The position numbers and the translations under genes are program-made. From the NCBI RefSeq assembly GCF_006345805.1, contig NC_042997.1, forward strand, positions 197,346,001-197,410,000: a stretch of DNA of 64,000 nucleotides, in the 5' to 3' direction. Every line of letters begins with the position of its first letter. The first letter of the stretch is position 1. A model generated the notes under the pieces. It was not told the DNA's origin. It worked only from the letters and a program-made list of their open reading frames with translations, and did not search any database. Origin of the DNA: Octopus sinensis (taxonomy: Eukaryota). Of the stretch, positions 25,688-39,696 are shown one piece after another.

Positions 25688-28631
25688 CTACACTCTGAAA
25701 TGAAACTAACACTATTTTAAATAGTAGAAAGGTTGAATACAATTTGAGAGGACAGACACACTAATGCTAATGTCATATAGTTCTGTTACTTACCACAGTC
25801 AATGCAGTCTAAGTCATCTGGACAGAATTATTTTATTTTATGTGTTGGGGGTAAAAACAGTAGCGGAGAAATAGAGCTGTTAATTAGTTAAAATCCAGTT
25901 AAATAACCTTTAGATTAAAGGTTGAAATCCTGACACAAGTATTTCTCTATAAACTTAGTTGGAAAACAATGTACAACATAATCCATGTTTTTATTTATTT
26001 ATTGGTTGTGTTTTGCTCAAACAGAAAAGATATACACTCTGAGACATGGACAGAGAGAAAGTTTCCATGGATTAATGATTGGACTTAGCATAAAGTAATA
26101 GCATATACAAAAAAAAAAAAAAACTCTCTATTGTGATTGTTGTTCAAGTGAAGGAAATCATTTAATGTTTACTATAGAATTTGAAAAAGAGCATAATCTT
26201 CCGTTTTATGAACCAGAAAATGAAAGTACTAAACTCAGCTGAGAACAGCATTTGGCAACACTCACTCACAATTCAGCAATAAAATGAAATGTGAAAAATC
26301 TTTTTCTTTGAAACTGACTGCAGGCATCATTCTCATAAACAAAATGCATTAGAGAATGTCATCCTACATTATAATTTAGTTTTACTTCAAGATAAAAACA
26401 ACATCGTAAATAAGCATTAGATATTAGCATCCAGTATATTCATTTTTCCTTCTGGCTTCATTTACAAAATAAATCTTACAGACTTTACATACACACGTTA
26501 ATCAGATCTTCCAGATTCTCTTTATTGCTCTTTCACACACTTTCGTTTATGTGTGTTTTCCAAAACAGGCTTTCAATACCAGCAAAAATAATACTTTCAC
26601 TTTCATTTTCACTATTGAGATTCCAGCAAATGACGATCTTTGCAGAGTTCAGTAGTTTCTCTTTCTAGTTCATAAAATGAAAGATCTCTGAAAAGAGAGA
26701 TAGAGCATGGACGGCAAATAGCAAGATGTATGGATCGGGTTAGTTTTGATGAGGGAAAGCAAATTCCAATGCAAAACAAACCAAAAAAAAATCCGAATTT
26801 GAAAGGATATATGCAAGACGTCGACTACAAAACAAAAATGTATCCTTAAGTACAGTAGAAGGAAAATATAAAGAACATTTTTGAATATGTTAATGCTAAG
26901 GCTTAAAAATATCGAGAATTTACTGCTAGAGTAGCGGAAATAAATTATAGGATCTAAGGAAGGTGATGAGTTTGAAGAGAAGAAATGGCAGCAGCACAAA
27001 AGTGTAAATGCTTATGTGGTTAACTTCTACCTTTTATTCAATTCAGTCATTAGACTGCGACCATGCTGGAGCATCGCCTTGAATACTGTTTAGTCAAACA
27101 AATCGACCCCAGTACTTCATCATCATCATCATTAACGTCTACCTTCCATGCTGGCATGGGTTGGACCGTTTGACAGGAGCTGGCCAGGCAGAAGCCTGCA
27201 TCAGACTCATGGTGTCTGTTTTGGCAGGGTTTTTATGCTTGGATGCCCTAACCCTAACACCAACCACCCAGCAGAGTGGGTTTGTCTGTTTTTTTTTATT
27301 TAAACCTGGTACTTATTCTATCAGTCTCTTTTGCCAAACTGCCAAGTTACAGGGACACAAACACAGCAACAGCAGAGGTAGGGGACAAACGCAGACACAA
27401 AGACACACACATACACACACTTCTCAAAACCCTGTAAAATCTATATGACAGCAACCAAACTCTCATATATACATATTTAATAATCCACATTTTAATATCA
27501 CCTTTTACATGTTTGCATGGGTTAGATGAAGTTTTACTGAAGCAGATTTTCTACGGCCAGATGCCAGCCTTGACCTCTCTCCAAAGCACAGTAATATTTA
27601 CCCATGGCCAGGCAGGTTTTCGCAGAATACTGGAAATGAATGGCACTCATTTACAACAATTGTGCAATGTCAAGATAAGGAGACACAGACATACACATAC
27701 ACATGCACACGAAAGCTTCTTTCAGTTTCCATCTACCAAATCAACTCACAAGTCTTTGATCAACCCAGGGCTTATAGTAGAAGACACTAGTTCAAAGTGC
27801 CACACAGTGAGAAGAATTCAAGGCCAAATAGTTGCGACACAAACTTCTTAACCTCTTTCTAAATATAAGAACAAAATAAAAATGAAAACACAGCAAAGAT
27901 TTCTGATAAATAAACTCTAGAAACTACATGAACTAAATTTTTTGCATTCATCACTTGGCTCTTAAAACTTCAACAAGAGATCTAAACTTGAATCATCCTC
28001 TTTTTTTACTCTTTTCTCTTTTACTTGTTTCAGTGCTTGACAGGCAAACAGAGATAACCTAAGGTTGGGAGGACCCTTAAGTATTGCCAATGGCAACAAC
28101 AACCCTTCTAGAATTGATATTATGATAAAAATATAGCCACTTCCCACAGCAATGTGGTTGGAGTCAGGAAGAGTAGCGAAGCATGGTGTCTGAATGATGC
28201 AAGAGCAGTGACTTGAAATAAGAACTGAATCAAACAATGATGACACCTCCAACCCGTGTGTGTATGTGTACACTCGCCATGAGAATTTAGAAATTCAAGA
28301 TACACAAAATAATATATTTTTTAATGGTTGAACATCAACCTTTTTCTCTCCAAATGATTTTTAGCCCAATATTATACAATTTATTTACACTATATACATT
28401 ACTATTTATATCTTTACTTTGAGTTCCATATTAAAAACGAATTATATATATATATGAGAGGTATTGGTATCTAGAAGACCCATAGAGTATATTAAACAGG
28501 AACATTAAACTCTGAGTAACAGTTTTTGTGATGTCTTTGCAGCTTTAGTAATAAAGCATTTTATTGTATCTCCTATAGTCGAGTACTATTTTTCCCCCTT
28601 GTTTCACATTTATGTGCTTAATCTGGTATAA

Positions 28632-28671
<40 letters not shown>

Positions 28672-29286
28672 CATATATACAGACACATTATGTGTGTGTA
28701 TACATATACACACAGACACACACACACACACATATAAACCCACTCACACGAACACGAAATATAAAATTTAAAATAGAATGACTGATATAACTTAATGAAA
28801 TTATTCTTCAAATGCACTAAGCACAAAAAAAAGAAAAGAAAGAAAAAAGAAACATCAGCCAATTATTATTATTGCATAGCTATTATTCTGGTGACCTAGT
28901 AGTAATGAGTGTTGTGTTTCAGCCAAGTTTATCTGAGTGCCTCTGTTGTTGATGACATGTACAATTCTCTCAGTATGAAAGAATATACTATAATGATGCA
29001 CCATCGGAATGGTGAGTGATTCAGTGTGTTGGCAACACTGGATGATTGATAGAGAGAAGCGCTGAAAGCTGAAGAGAAATAAAGTGTGATCCACTACAAG
29101 ATAAATAATGTACACATGCAGAATAAACACAGGGGGTTTAGAAACGAAGCGAGACACAAGGGATCCTGACATTGCTAAGGAATCAAAGACATAGAAACCA
29201 TAAGAAATGCTACAGATGCTAATGCTAACCAAAGAATTATCTAACACAAGATCATTTTCTTACCATCTAAAGACATACTCAGCCTG

Positions 29287-29496
29287 TTTAACTCTTTAGA
29301 TTAAATTAGATTTGATCACTCTATCAAATTTAACTCTTTAGATTAAATTAGATTTGATCACTCTATCAAATTTAACTCTTTAGATTAAATTAGATTTGAT
29401 TACTCTATCAAATTTAACTCTTTAGATTAAATTAGATTTGATCACTCTATCAAATTTAACTCTTTAGATTAAATTAGATTTGATCATTCTATCAAA
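29287..29496. repeat. 42-bp tandem repeat, 5 copies
   Basis: TTTAACTCTTTAGATTAAATTAGATTTGATCACTCTATCAAA x5, followed by MITE body sequence. Confidence 0.95.
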
Positions 29497-29531
29497 TGTA
29501 ATGCTTGTTTATTCACAATGTTTTGAATTAA

Positions 29532-30605
29532 GTCAAGACTAACTCCTCAGACATAGGAAAACACCCCTAAATTGAAGATGTTCTCAGCAGGAATAAAACC
29601 CAGGCAAACGACCAAATATGGCATACATCAACAACAATGTTAGTTCTATCAAAAAACATAATATTCAAATTTCGACATTATCTATTCATGACCTAATTTT
29701 AAATTCAAAATGGTCACCAGATGACCGACAAGGCAAACACACCCATATTTTAGGTCAATTTTTCTACCAGAGTATCAAAGATAATATGCTTTAACTTAGA
29801 ATGCCAACAGACTAGGTGCTGAATCAAAGACATTGATGAAGTTGACCTAGATTTTGTTGTGGGGTTGCTCAGAGCCATATGCAGAAGTTCAAGTGTTTCT
29901 GACCCCTTGGGTAGTAGCATTCAAGTGTCCCTGAAAGATGAACAAATGAACTGCATCTAATCACACTAGAACAGCATCCAGGCAAGTATCAAAGTAATGC
30001 ACATGCAAAATTTCAGCCTATTACATCAAAATATCATGACCTAAAGATTGCTGCTCATGGTCAGAAATGTCATTTTGAGAAAGACGCAAAAAACGGTGGA
30101 AATGGTTGATTTTATAGTGCCCAAATGCACAAGGATGATATCCACATTTTAGTGAAATATTTGCAGTTTTGCACAGTCTAATGATGCCCATAGGCATATC
30201 CTTTGCTATTTTTCTGAGACTTTGCTATCTGAGAGCGCGTATGTCTTGTTTTGATTATGGATTACTGTCCAGGCACATAAGCTTTTTTTCAGTTTCTGCT
30301 TATCAAACTTGCTTCAGTTCCTCTCTCAGATGATCGCCATAGCTGAGGACTTGCAGTTTCTCCTTGATTGGAAACTATAATGGCATCATTGACTCCTGGT
30401 GGAATCGCCCGACAAAAGTTGATTTAGGACACCCTTCCCAAACTAAGTTGTGGAATGATTCATTGTTATTTTGTGATCCTCCATGCAGGCACTTATCCAA
30501 GAGCTTGCCCTCAGATAAAGCTACAAACACAGACTTCATTTTATCCAGCATAAATTTTGGTAGGGAGATTTTGTTTGGATCACATTTGTCATTCACCTTT
30601 TTCAC
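29532..30605 (-). mobile_element. Fragment of a Kolobok/Mutator-like DNA transposon
   Basis: 30380-30600 encodes LSEGKLLDKCLHGGSQNNNESFHNLVWEGCPKSTFVG (CLxGxxQNxNES..IW..PK motif); the left boundary falls at a TTAA. Confidence 0.5.
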
Positions 30606-31104
30606 TGGATTTGGTAGAAAGAAACCTGTAAATATAAGTGTGTGCGCTTGTCCCCACCACCACTGCTTGACAATCGATGTTGTTGTGTTCACATCCCCCT
30701 AACCTAGGGGTTTGACAAAAAGAGACCAATAGAATAAGTACTACGTTTATAAAGAATAAGTATATCCTGGGACTGATTTGTTCGACTAAAGTTGGCGTTC
30801 CAGCATGGCCGCAGTCAAATGACTGAAACAAGTAAAACAATTAAAAAATAAATAAAAGAATAAAAAGTTACTTCATCAAAATCTTATAATTACAAAACAG
30901 TACATGATTAATTTAAAATAATGCAAATAAAGAAACATTGCTTTTGACAGAATGATGTGAACGCCAAAGGGTTAACCATGCATTGTCTTGTAGCTTTGAG
31001 GTTTCGAAGAGGTAGCTGTTAATTGTTAGAATGATAGAGTAGGTGTGAGAGGTGGATCTGGTCAGTCTGAGCATAAAACAGGAAGACTATTTTGGCCAGT
31101 TTAA

Positions 31105-31456
31105 CCCTTTCATTACCAACCCGGCTGAAACCGGCTCTGGTTCTGAATACAAATGTCTTGTTTGCGTAAGTTTTCAATTAAAATCTTTCTCAACAGAAAT
31201 ATGGTAACAAAAGGGTTAACAAATGATTAATTTAACCCTTTCATTACCAACCTGGCTGAAACCGGCACTGACTCTGTAGCACAAATGTCTTGTTTTCATA
31301 AGTTTTGAATTAGAATCTTCCACCAAACCTTACTCACAATTTATGTTCCTATCACTAGCTGAATGATAACTAGGTTATTTTACTAAATTCTTTGTTAAAT
31401 TTAAAGTAATTGAAAGAAACACAGAGTATCTCAAAATAAATACAGTAATGAAAGGA
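31105..31456. mobile_element. Two adjacent piggyBac-like TTAA MITEs (31105-31215 and 31236-31456)
   Basis: TTAA|CCCTTTCATTAC...GTAA(C/T)(A/G)AAAGG(G/A)|TTAA; related copy at ~4490-4720. Confidence 0.75.
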
Positions 31457-32424
31457 TTAAATGATACAGGGTTAAATATGAACACCACAAAACAAGAGTT
31501 TTGGAATAGGAACGAGAAGGGATTTCGGGTGGATTAACATCAAAAAGTGTTGAACCATGTGGAGGTCCATGGAAGTATGTCACATAGTTAATATAAAACA
31601 ACAAAGATGATATGTTTTATCAGCAAAGCTTCAACTGAAATGGCAATAACATTGAAAGGAGAGATAAATTTAGTCTAAGTGTGAGACTAATTCAATAGTA
31701 AACAACGATAGCTGAGAGATTTTTAACTGCTAAGTAAAATTTCATCTGCAACTGAAAATACAAGGTTCAAGGTACCGTTTGAAAAGAACTATTGAACTAA
31801 AGGCATATAGAAAATGCATACATATATTAGTCTCATCCTTCATGTCTCTGAAGATGACCAAGTTATCAGCTTTACACACTGTGGGTCCTGAGGCGGATTA
31901 TTCAGCCAAGTTTGGCACGAAATCCACGGTTACCTTGGGGGCACATAATAGCAGAGCCAGGACCTGATGGGACCCTTGTTTTCCATGCAGCCCTCCTCCC
32001 TTTGGCACTTCTAGTCATACCAGATTCTGAGTGCTGTACTCCAGGGTACACAGCATTATGGCCACAGTGAGGGATCTTGAGCACATACATATACAAGTGA
32101 AAGGCCCCACAGAAATAATTATGATTCAAACCCAATATCCCAAAGACTATCATGTTGCGTACCTCTGTATCAAACAATTACAAACAAGATCTATAAAGAA
32201 ATATACAAATATAGAGTAACCGTTTAGCATTCAAGCCGGCCATATCTGGCCAAACTATTTTACCTGTTTTATGTTCAAACTGGCCAGATCTGGCCTCTCA
32301 CACCTACTCTACAATGCCATTCTAAAAAATAAATAATCACATTATCAACATCTCAAAGCTACAAGATAATGCATGATTAATTCAAAACAATGTGATTAAA
32401 TAAGCATTACATTTGATTACACTG

Positions 32425-32810
32425 GGCATAACGGCCCAGTGGTTAGGGCAGCGGACTCGCAGTCGTAGGATCGCGGTTTCGATTCCCAGACCGGGCGTTG
32501 TGAGTGTTTATTGAGCAAAAACACCTAAAACTCCACGAGGCTCTGGCAGGGGGTGGTAGTGAACCTTACTGTACTCTTTCACCACAACTTTCTCTCACTT
32601 TTTCTTCCTGTTTCTGCTGTACCTGTATTTCAAAGGGCCAGCCTTTTCACACACTGTGTCACACTGAATCTCCACCAAGAACTACATTAAGGGTACACGT
32701 GTCTGTGGAATACTCAGCCACTTGCACGTTAATTTCACGAGCAGGCTGTTCCGTTGATCGGATCAACTGGAACCCTCGTCGTCGTGACCGACAGGGTGCC
32801 AACAACATTT
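32425..32810 (+). mobile_element. tRNA-derived SINE family C (variable 3' modules). Copies: ~19475-19745, 21690-21982(-), 37690-37895, 47085-47450, 53545-53830(-), 56165-56640, 59850-60100, 61092-61390
   Basis: Head GGCCCAGTGGTTAGGGCAGCGG...GGTTTCGATTCCC. This copy sits in a MITE with ACATTTGAT on both sides. Confidence 0.85.
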
Positions 32811-33029
32811 GATAGAAAAATCTGAGTGCTAAAGGGTTAATGTAAATCCCAATGCATAGGTTGAACATCTTTCCAAAATATATTGGTCTCAGGATGCAGA
32901 GATTTAATCCTTTTCATACCAATCCACTAATGACTGTCTTTGGTACTACGGTAACCCCTCACCATATGGCAGTTCACCTATCACGCACACAGTACATCAT
33001 GGACTTTTCTGGCTAATATATGTAAATTT

Positions 33030-33445
33030 ATATCGGGGACTTCGCAGTCTATCATGAGTTTTTGCGGCCAATAGGTATTTATATTTCTGAGAGGAGCTCC
33101 AAGGAAGCGCTACAAAGACTGCCTCAAGAAGTCTCTAACAACATGTCATATTAACCACCAATGCTGGTCAGACCTGGCTGCGGACTGTGATGTCTGGCGC
33201 CACACAATCTTCAATGCAGTCAGCAAGTTTGAGGAACAAAGAAGAGACACACTTAAAGACAAGAGACGCAGGAGGAAGGCGCGAGCTGCCTCTAACACCA
33301 CACCGGATGTTACCTTCGTCTGTGGACACTGCTCACGGACCTGCCTTTCCCATATCAGACTTGTCAGTCATGAGCGTGCATGCACGCGACGTGGACAGCC
33401 TTCCTGATCTTCGTTCGTGAAGCCAAGCCATGATGATGATGATGA
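33030..33445 (+). mobile_element. RTE LINE 3' fragment
   Basis: RGAPRKRYKDCLKKSL ... FVCGHCSRTCLSHIRLVSHERAC, followed by a (TGA)n tail. Confidence 0.85.
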
Positions 33446-34315
33446 GCTTTTAATTATTTCTGTGGGAGGTTTTGGAACATAACACCTGCAATAGCATGTA
33501 TACCACAAACTTCCTGTCTGAAATATTCTGAATTAAAATCTTCCATTAAAATTCCATGATCCAAATATCAGCTTAATAATCATCATCATCATTTAGCGTC
33601 CGTTTTCCATGCTAGCATGGGTTGGACGGTTCAACTGGGGTCTGTGAAGCCAGGAGGCTGCACCAGGCTCCAGTCTGATCTGGCAGTGTTTCTACGGCTG
33701 GATGCCCTTCCTAACGCCAACCACTCCGCGAGTGTAGTGGGTGCTTTTTACGTGCCACCCGCACAGGTGCCAGACGGAGCTGGCAAACGGTCACAAACGG
33801 ATGGTGCTTTTACGTGCCACCGGCACGGGGGCCAGGTGGGGCTGGCAACGGACACGAACGGATGGTGCTTTTACGTGCCACCGGCACGGGGGCCAGTCGG
33901 GGCGGTGCTGGCAATGGCCACGAACGGATGGTACTTTTTACGACTAGGTTATTTCACCAGAGTCTTCATTATTTTCAAAACCAATCGATGTAGAGAGAGC
34001 TTATTTCAGCAGAAAGGGTTAACTAAATTGTGCAAAATGAAAAATGTTGACTTAAAAGTGCAATCTGGAATTTCAACAGTATAATTCCCTTGAGAATAAT
34101 TAGCTGAGATTTAGACAAAAGTTTGAAAATGAAGATACTGAAATATAAAATATAAAAAGTTTTTTTTTTTTTTTTATCTGAGACAAAAATCTGTTCACAG
34201 TATTTGATTTCATTATATTAATTAGGTAACCCGTGTTAAATAAACATTAGAAAATTATTCGTCATTAAAGAACTGTGTACAACATTCTAAAGGATCTTGA
34301 AAATAGTGTAATATA

Positions 34316-34698
34316 TCTATAAGCTGAAGTTGTCTGTGTATGGCAGGTTTGGTAGCCTTCAACTAACACTATCTCCTCTGAGACCCTGCGGCGCAAGTTG
34401 ACCAAAATTGAGAGTATGATAGAAGAAGGCTTGCTCTTCTTTCTGTAGAAGAAAAAATTCAAATCAGACCATGTTAACACCAAAAATTATTTACATCAAA
34501 AACATGCTTTTTTTCTATGAAAATCCCTATTTTTTACAATTCTTTGACTGCTCTGTCACCATTTTTCAGTGTATTTCAACCAGAAAAATGTTCATTTAAA
34601 GAGAATAACAAGCTACATAATGCAAAATTTTTACTTTTCAAAAATTCCAATTCTAAAGGGTCGAAACAAGCCCGAGCAACACCGGGCGATACTGCTAG
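34316..34698 (+). mobile_element. Non-autonomous Helitron-like element; second copy at ~21986-22373
   Basis: A|TC start, GC hairpin CCCG..CGGG near the end, CTAG|T terminus; the two copies are closely similar. Confidence 0.75.
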
Positions 34699-35591
34699 TT
34701 CTAAATAAGAGAGGGTGTGTGAATAACAGTGTTCACTTTGTAATCATGTGGTTCCAAGTTCAATCTTACTGCATGGTACCTTGGGCAAGTGTGTCTTCTA
34801 CTGTAGCCTCAGGCCAATCAATACCTAATGAGGGGAAATGGTAGATGGAGAAACTATATGGAAGCCTGTTGTGTGTGTATTTTGTATAGAGAGTGATGAA
34901 ATGGGTTGAGTTATGATTTAAACTTGGAAGTGAGTAGCATCAGAGTCTTATAATCTGGAATGGAAGAGAATTATAAGACTTTCAGCATGCAAAAGAAAAT
35001 TTCACAAGTTTAAAAGATGAAAAATCTAGAAATAACATTTGTACAAATAAACTCCCAAAATCAAAATGCAACAAAACAAATAACAATCTGCTTTGTATAT
35101 ATTCTGGTTAGAAATGAACCCCATTCTGGATTTAACCCAATGAAATATCTATCAATGTAGTTAGATTCTTTTTATTTTTTTTTAAACGGTTTCCTTAAAC
35201 GTCCAAATTATTCTAAAAATCAACCAGAAACAAACAAGGCTTACATTCAGAATTGTTAGGGAATAAATAAGTGAATGCTCGGTTTAACAACGCTCTTTAA
35301 AAAGAAAAAAAAAAATGGTAACAGCATTCAAGAACAAGGAAATATTTTATCAAGTATTTTTTTCAAGAACTGTTAGCGAGAAAAGGTTTTAGAGATTAAA
35401 GCATGTTAAATGAATTTATTAGGGAGAAAAATAATGAAGGATTCATTTTTTAAAAAATATATATGTATATATATATATATGTATAAAAAGTAGCAAAGAA
35501 ATTAGCCATGCTGTTATACTCAGAAGAGAAAGTAAATTTTTTTTTTTTCCATATAGACCAAGAAGTGGAGGTAATATAATTGAAAAATGTA

Positions 35592-35622
<31 letters not shown>

Positions 35623-35657
35623 CTAAGAACAGCACATCCAAAATGTTGATGGAATAC

Positions 35658-35706
35658 CTGACATCTATAAAACTACCATGATGAAATTTTTTAAACTTGC
35701 AGAGAT
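35658..35706 (-). CDS. Candidate exon (D)LCKFKKFHHGSFIDV
   Basis: Acceptor tttgtattttcAG, donor GTATTC, open in phase 1. An alternative donor exists after FHH. Confidence 0.55.
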
Positions 35707-38700
35707 CTGAAAATACAAATAATATTATATATTTGTAGTACAAATAGCAGTCGGACTATGTTGTTTCTATGACTAACAACGAATGGAACACGGGGCCTTT
35801 TCTTTTTGCTTTTTGGGGTTTTTGCACATACAGTAAAATGAAAGATGAATACGAGGAAGAACTGAGTGAGAATTTCTGGGGTTCTTATAGATCAAGATTC
35901 AAATACAAAAATAATAAATTTAATGCGAAATATTGGGCTAAAAGCGCTACAAACTTATTTTAAAACAATAACAATGGACTCTAGCACAGGCACAGGGTGG
36001 TACATTAGGGGAAGAAAGGGCACAGTCAGTTTATTTACTCATAATAATTGACGAATATTTAATTATTATTGAGTCCCAGAAGGATGTAAGGTTAAAGTCA
36101 GCAATGGCAAGATTTTAATGCAAAGCTAAATAACTAAATACTACTGAAAGGTAATTAACCTACTGCATCCATACTTACACACACCAGACACACATGCATA
36201 TGCACATATCATCATCGTCATCATCGCTTAACGTCCATTTTCCGTGCTAGCACAGGTTGGACGGTTCAACCGGGGTCTGGAAAGCCAGGAGGCTGCACCA
36301 GGCTCCAGTCTGATCTGGCAGTGTTTCTACAGCTGGATGCCCTTCCTAACGGCAACCACTCCATGAGTGTAGTGGGTGCTTTTAACGTGTCACCGGCACA
36401 GGTGCCAGTCAAGGCGGCACTGGCATTGGCTACATTCAGATAGCGCTTTTTACGTGCCACCGGCACAGTTATCACAACTACAATTTCCATTTGATATTTA
36501 TTTTGATGTTGATGTACTTGACTCAATAGGTCTCCTCATGCACAGCAGGTCACCCTACAATCCAAGGTAATGTATATATATGTATGTATGTATGTATCAA
36601 CCATGTGTGTATCGTTGGCGATTTTCTTCCTCCATCTTTCCTGCTTTCGTACTTTCCTCTATTTCTGAAGAGCTTTGCTCAAAATGTAATATCCTCTTTC
36701 TTTCCTTTCCTGAGCATCTGATAATACAGTACTTGTACCACATACTTGTGTTGTTTTTTTTTTTCTTTGTTCTTCTTTATTTGGATTCACTATATATATA
36801 TATGTGTGTGTGTGTATGGATGTATGTACCTTATATCTATGTATGCATGTATCGCACGCGTGTGTGCGTGTATTGGGGAAAATTGAAATAAACACAAGCT
36901 TATTCTGTAAAGTGGTTGGCATGAGGAAGGGCATCCAGCTGTAGAAACCACACCAAAACAGACAATGAAACCTCGTATGGTTCCCAGCCTCACCGGCACC
37001 TGTCAAACTATCCAACCCATACCAGCATGGAAAACAGATATTAACTGATGATGATAATATATATATATATATATATATTATAAGCTTCCTTCAGTTTCCA
37101 TCTGTCGAATTCACTCACAAGACTTTGATTAGTCCAGGGTCTAGAAGACACTAGTTCAAGGTGCCAATCAGTGAGACTGAACCCAAAAACCATGTGAGTG
37201 GTATATACCTATATAATATTCTTGGCTGTTACTCTTAGTAGATAGGGTATTTGGTAGCAGAAAGGTGATTTTCTTTATCTAATTTCCAAGTATAATGAAG
37301 AAACTTTATCAACAATGTTTTGCTCTGACATGGGGTTTACCATTTGAGCATAGCTGTTGCCAGTACCGCCTGAGTGGCCCTCGTGCTGGTGGCATGTAAA
37401 AGCACCCACTACATTCTCGGAGTGGTTGGCATTAGGAAGGGCATCCAGCTGTAGAAACATTGCTAGATCAGATTGGCGTCAGGTGCAACCATCTGGCTCA
37501 CCAGACCTCAGTCAAATCATCTAAGCATGGAAAGCGGACGTTAAACGATGATGATGATGATGTGATTCTAGACCAAAGCTACTGAACATAATGCGAAACA
37601 TTCTTGGTAGACGTTTTCTCCGTTTTCCTTCCACGTTTCATCCAATTCAAGGGTGTTTTACTGGTTAGCGTATTCAGCTCACAACTGGCAGCGCACTGTG
37701 TCCTTCAGCAAGAGACTTTATTTTCGCATTGGTCCAGTCCACTCACCTGGCAAAAACGAGTTGTACCTGTAATCCAAAGGGCCGGCCTTGTTATGCTGAA
37801 TATCCCTGAGAACTATATTAAAGATGTATGGTATGTGTCTGTGAAATGCCCAGCCGCCTGCATGTTAATTTGATAAGCAGGATATTCCTGTGATCAGATC
37901 CATTAGAATTCCCATTGTCACAACTGGCAGAGTGACAGTATCCAATTCTGCTCTGCAACATTTACCGTTTTCTTCGGTCACCTCAGTCATTGTTTGCTGT
38001 CAATGGCTTCTCCTATACAACCACAATCAGCAACCCCACCACCACTTTGTTGAGATGCCATTTGAAGAAATCCTTATAACAGAGTTTTGGACATTCTCTT
38101 CAGCTGCCTCCACATTTTAATACACACACACATACATACGACATTCTTTCAGTTTCCATCTACCAAATCTACTCACAAGGCTTCGATCAGCCCAAGGCTA
38201 TGATAGAAGACTCTTCCCCATGGTGCCATGCAGTGACACCAAACCCAGAACCTGTGGTTGGGAAGCAAACTTAGCACACAACCACACCTGCACCTATCCA
38301 CACATATAAATTGCTCACACTGTCCTACAGGTACTTCAACATCTTCACAACAAACATACATACATGCATGCATAAGGCGGCGAGCTGGCAGAAACGTTAG
38401 CACTCCGGGCGAAATGCTCAGCGGTATTTTGTCTGCTGTTACGTTCTGAGTTCAAATTCCGCTGAGGTCGACTTTGCCTTTCATCCTTTCGGGGTCGATT
38501 AAATAAGTACCAGTTACGCACTGGGATCGATATAATCAACTTAATCCGTTTGTCCTTGTTTGTCCTCTCTGTGTTTAGCCCCTTGTGGGTAGTAAAGAAA
38601 TAGGTATTTTGTCTGTCTTTACGTTCTGAGTTCAAATTCCGCCAAGGTCGACTTTGCCTTTCATCGTTTCGGGGTCAATAAATTAAGTACTAGTTACGCA

Positions 38701-39059
38701 CTGGGGTCGATGTAATCAATTTAATCCCTTTGTCTGTCCTTGTTTGTCTCCTCTATGTTTAGCCCCTTGTAGGGAATAAAGAAATAAACATACATGCATA
38801 CTCTCACACCTTCATTAGATTTCACACCGTCCACTTAAGAAATACACACACATACACCACCACCGTACTACACCCTCACAAACCACCACCAGCACACACC
38901 TTCAGACCAGACACCTGGTTCTTTCCCTGGCCATTTTTTGACTGCAGGTGTTAAAGCTAGACACCAGCTGCTTTAATCCCACCAATCTGGGTAAACCTGC
39001 ACTGGTCCGACCCCAAATATCTTATAACGAAGATTAAAAAGCAAAAATAAAATTACTGC

Positions 39060-39480
39060 CTCAAACCTAATGAAGGTCAATCTTTCCATTTAGCTTTCCA
39101 ATACTGATAAAATAACCATTACTAATATCTTGGCAACTGACAGAATTGTTTAAATGTCTTTCCATTACATTAGTGACTAGGATGGATATATAACAAAAAC
39201 AAGCAAAAACCAAGTCGTTTTTTTCCTTCATTTTTATAGAAGTAAGACTATAGTTTCATAATATTACCATTCTTTATTCACAATTGGTACCACCATTTCT
39301 GAATATTAATTAAACTTCAAAACCTAGAAACTGCTATATTTAAAGTTAAACTTAAAAATCTATTTAAAACTTATAAAAATCCCTATCTTCCATATCGAGA
39401 TTATTTAGATGTGATTTGTATTGATTAAATATTTCTGAGACTTCATTACTCTTGTATTCAGGACTACTATGTTAATATTT
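39060..39480 (-). CDS. Unresolved cluster of possible small exons (e.g. VTNVMERHLNNSVSCQDI; SPEYKSNEVSEIFNQYKSHLNNLDMEDRDFY)
   Basis: Short open stretches preceded by AG and followed by GT. Phases could not be reconciled into one model. Confidence 0.25.
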
Positions 39481-39630
39481 ACAGTTAGAAATCTTTAAAT
39501 AGGTTTTTTTTTTTTACACTCTTGACTTTATAAATGCTACAGAATTTTGGGAGAACAATAGGGACAATTGGTAAATCAAAAATAAAGAAAGAACCTGAAA
39601 TTAGAATGATAAACAGTAAAACATTACATA

Positions 39631-39685
<55 letters not shown>

Positions 39686-39696
<11 letters not shown>

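Noticed and set aside
32425-32500. tRNA-like heads here and at ~47085, 61092 and 21900-21980
   Set aside because: They continue into SINE bodies and lack a complete cloverleaf with an acceptor stem, so they are not called tRNA genes.
35769-36051. Two short plus-strand ORFs
   Set aside because: No homology I recognise and no splice or promoter support.
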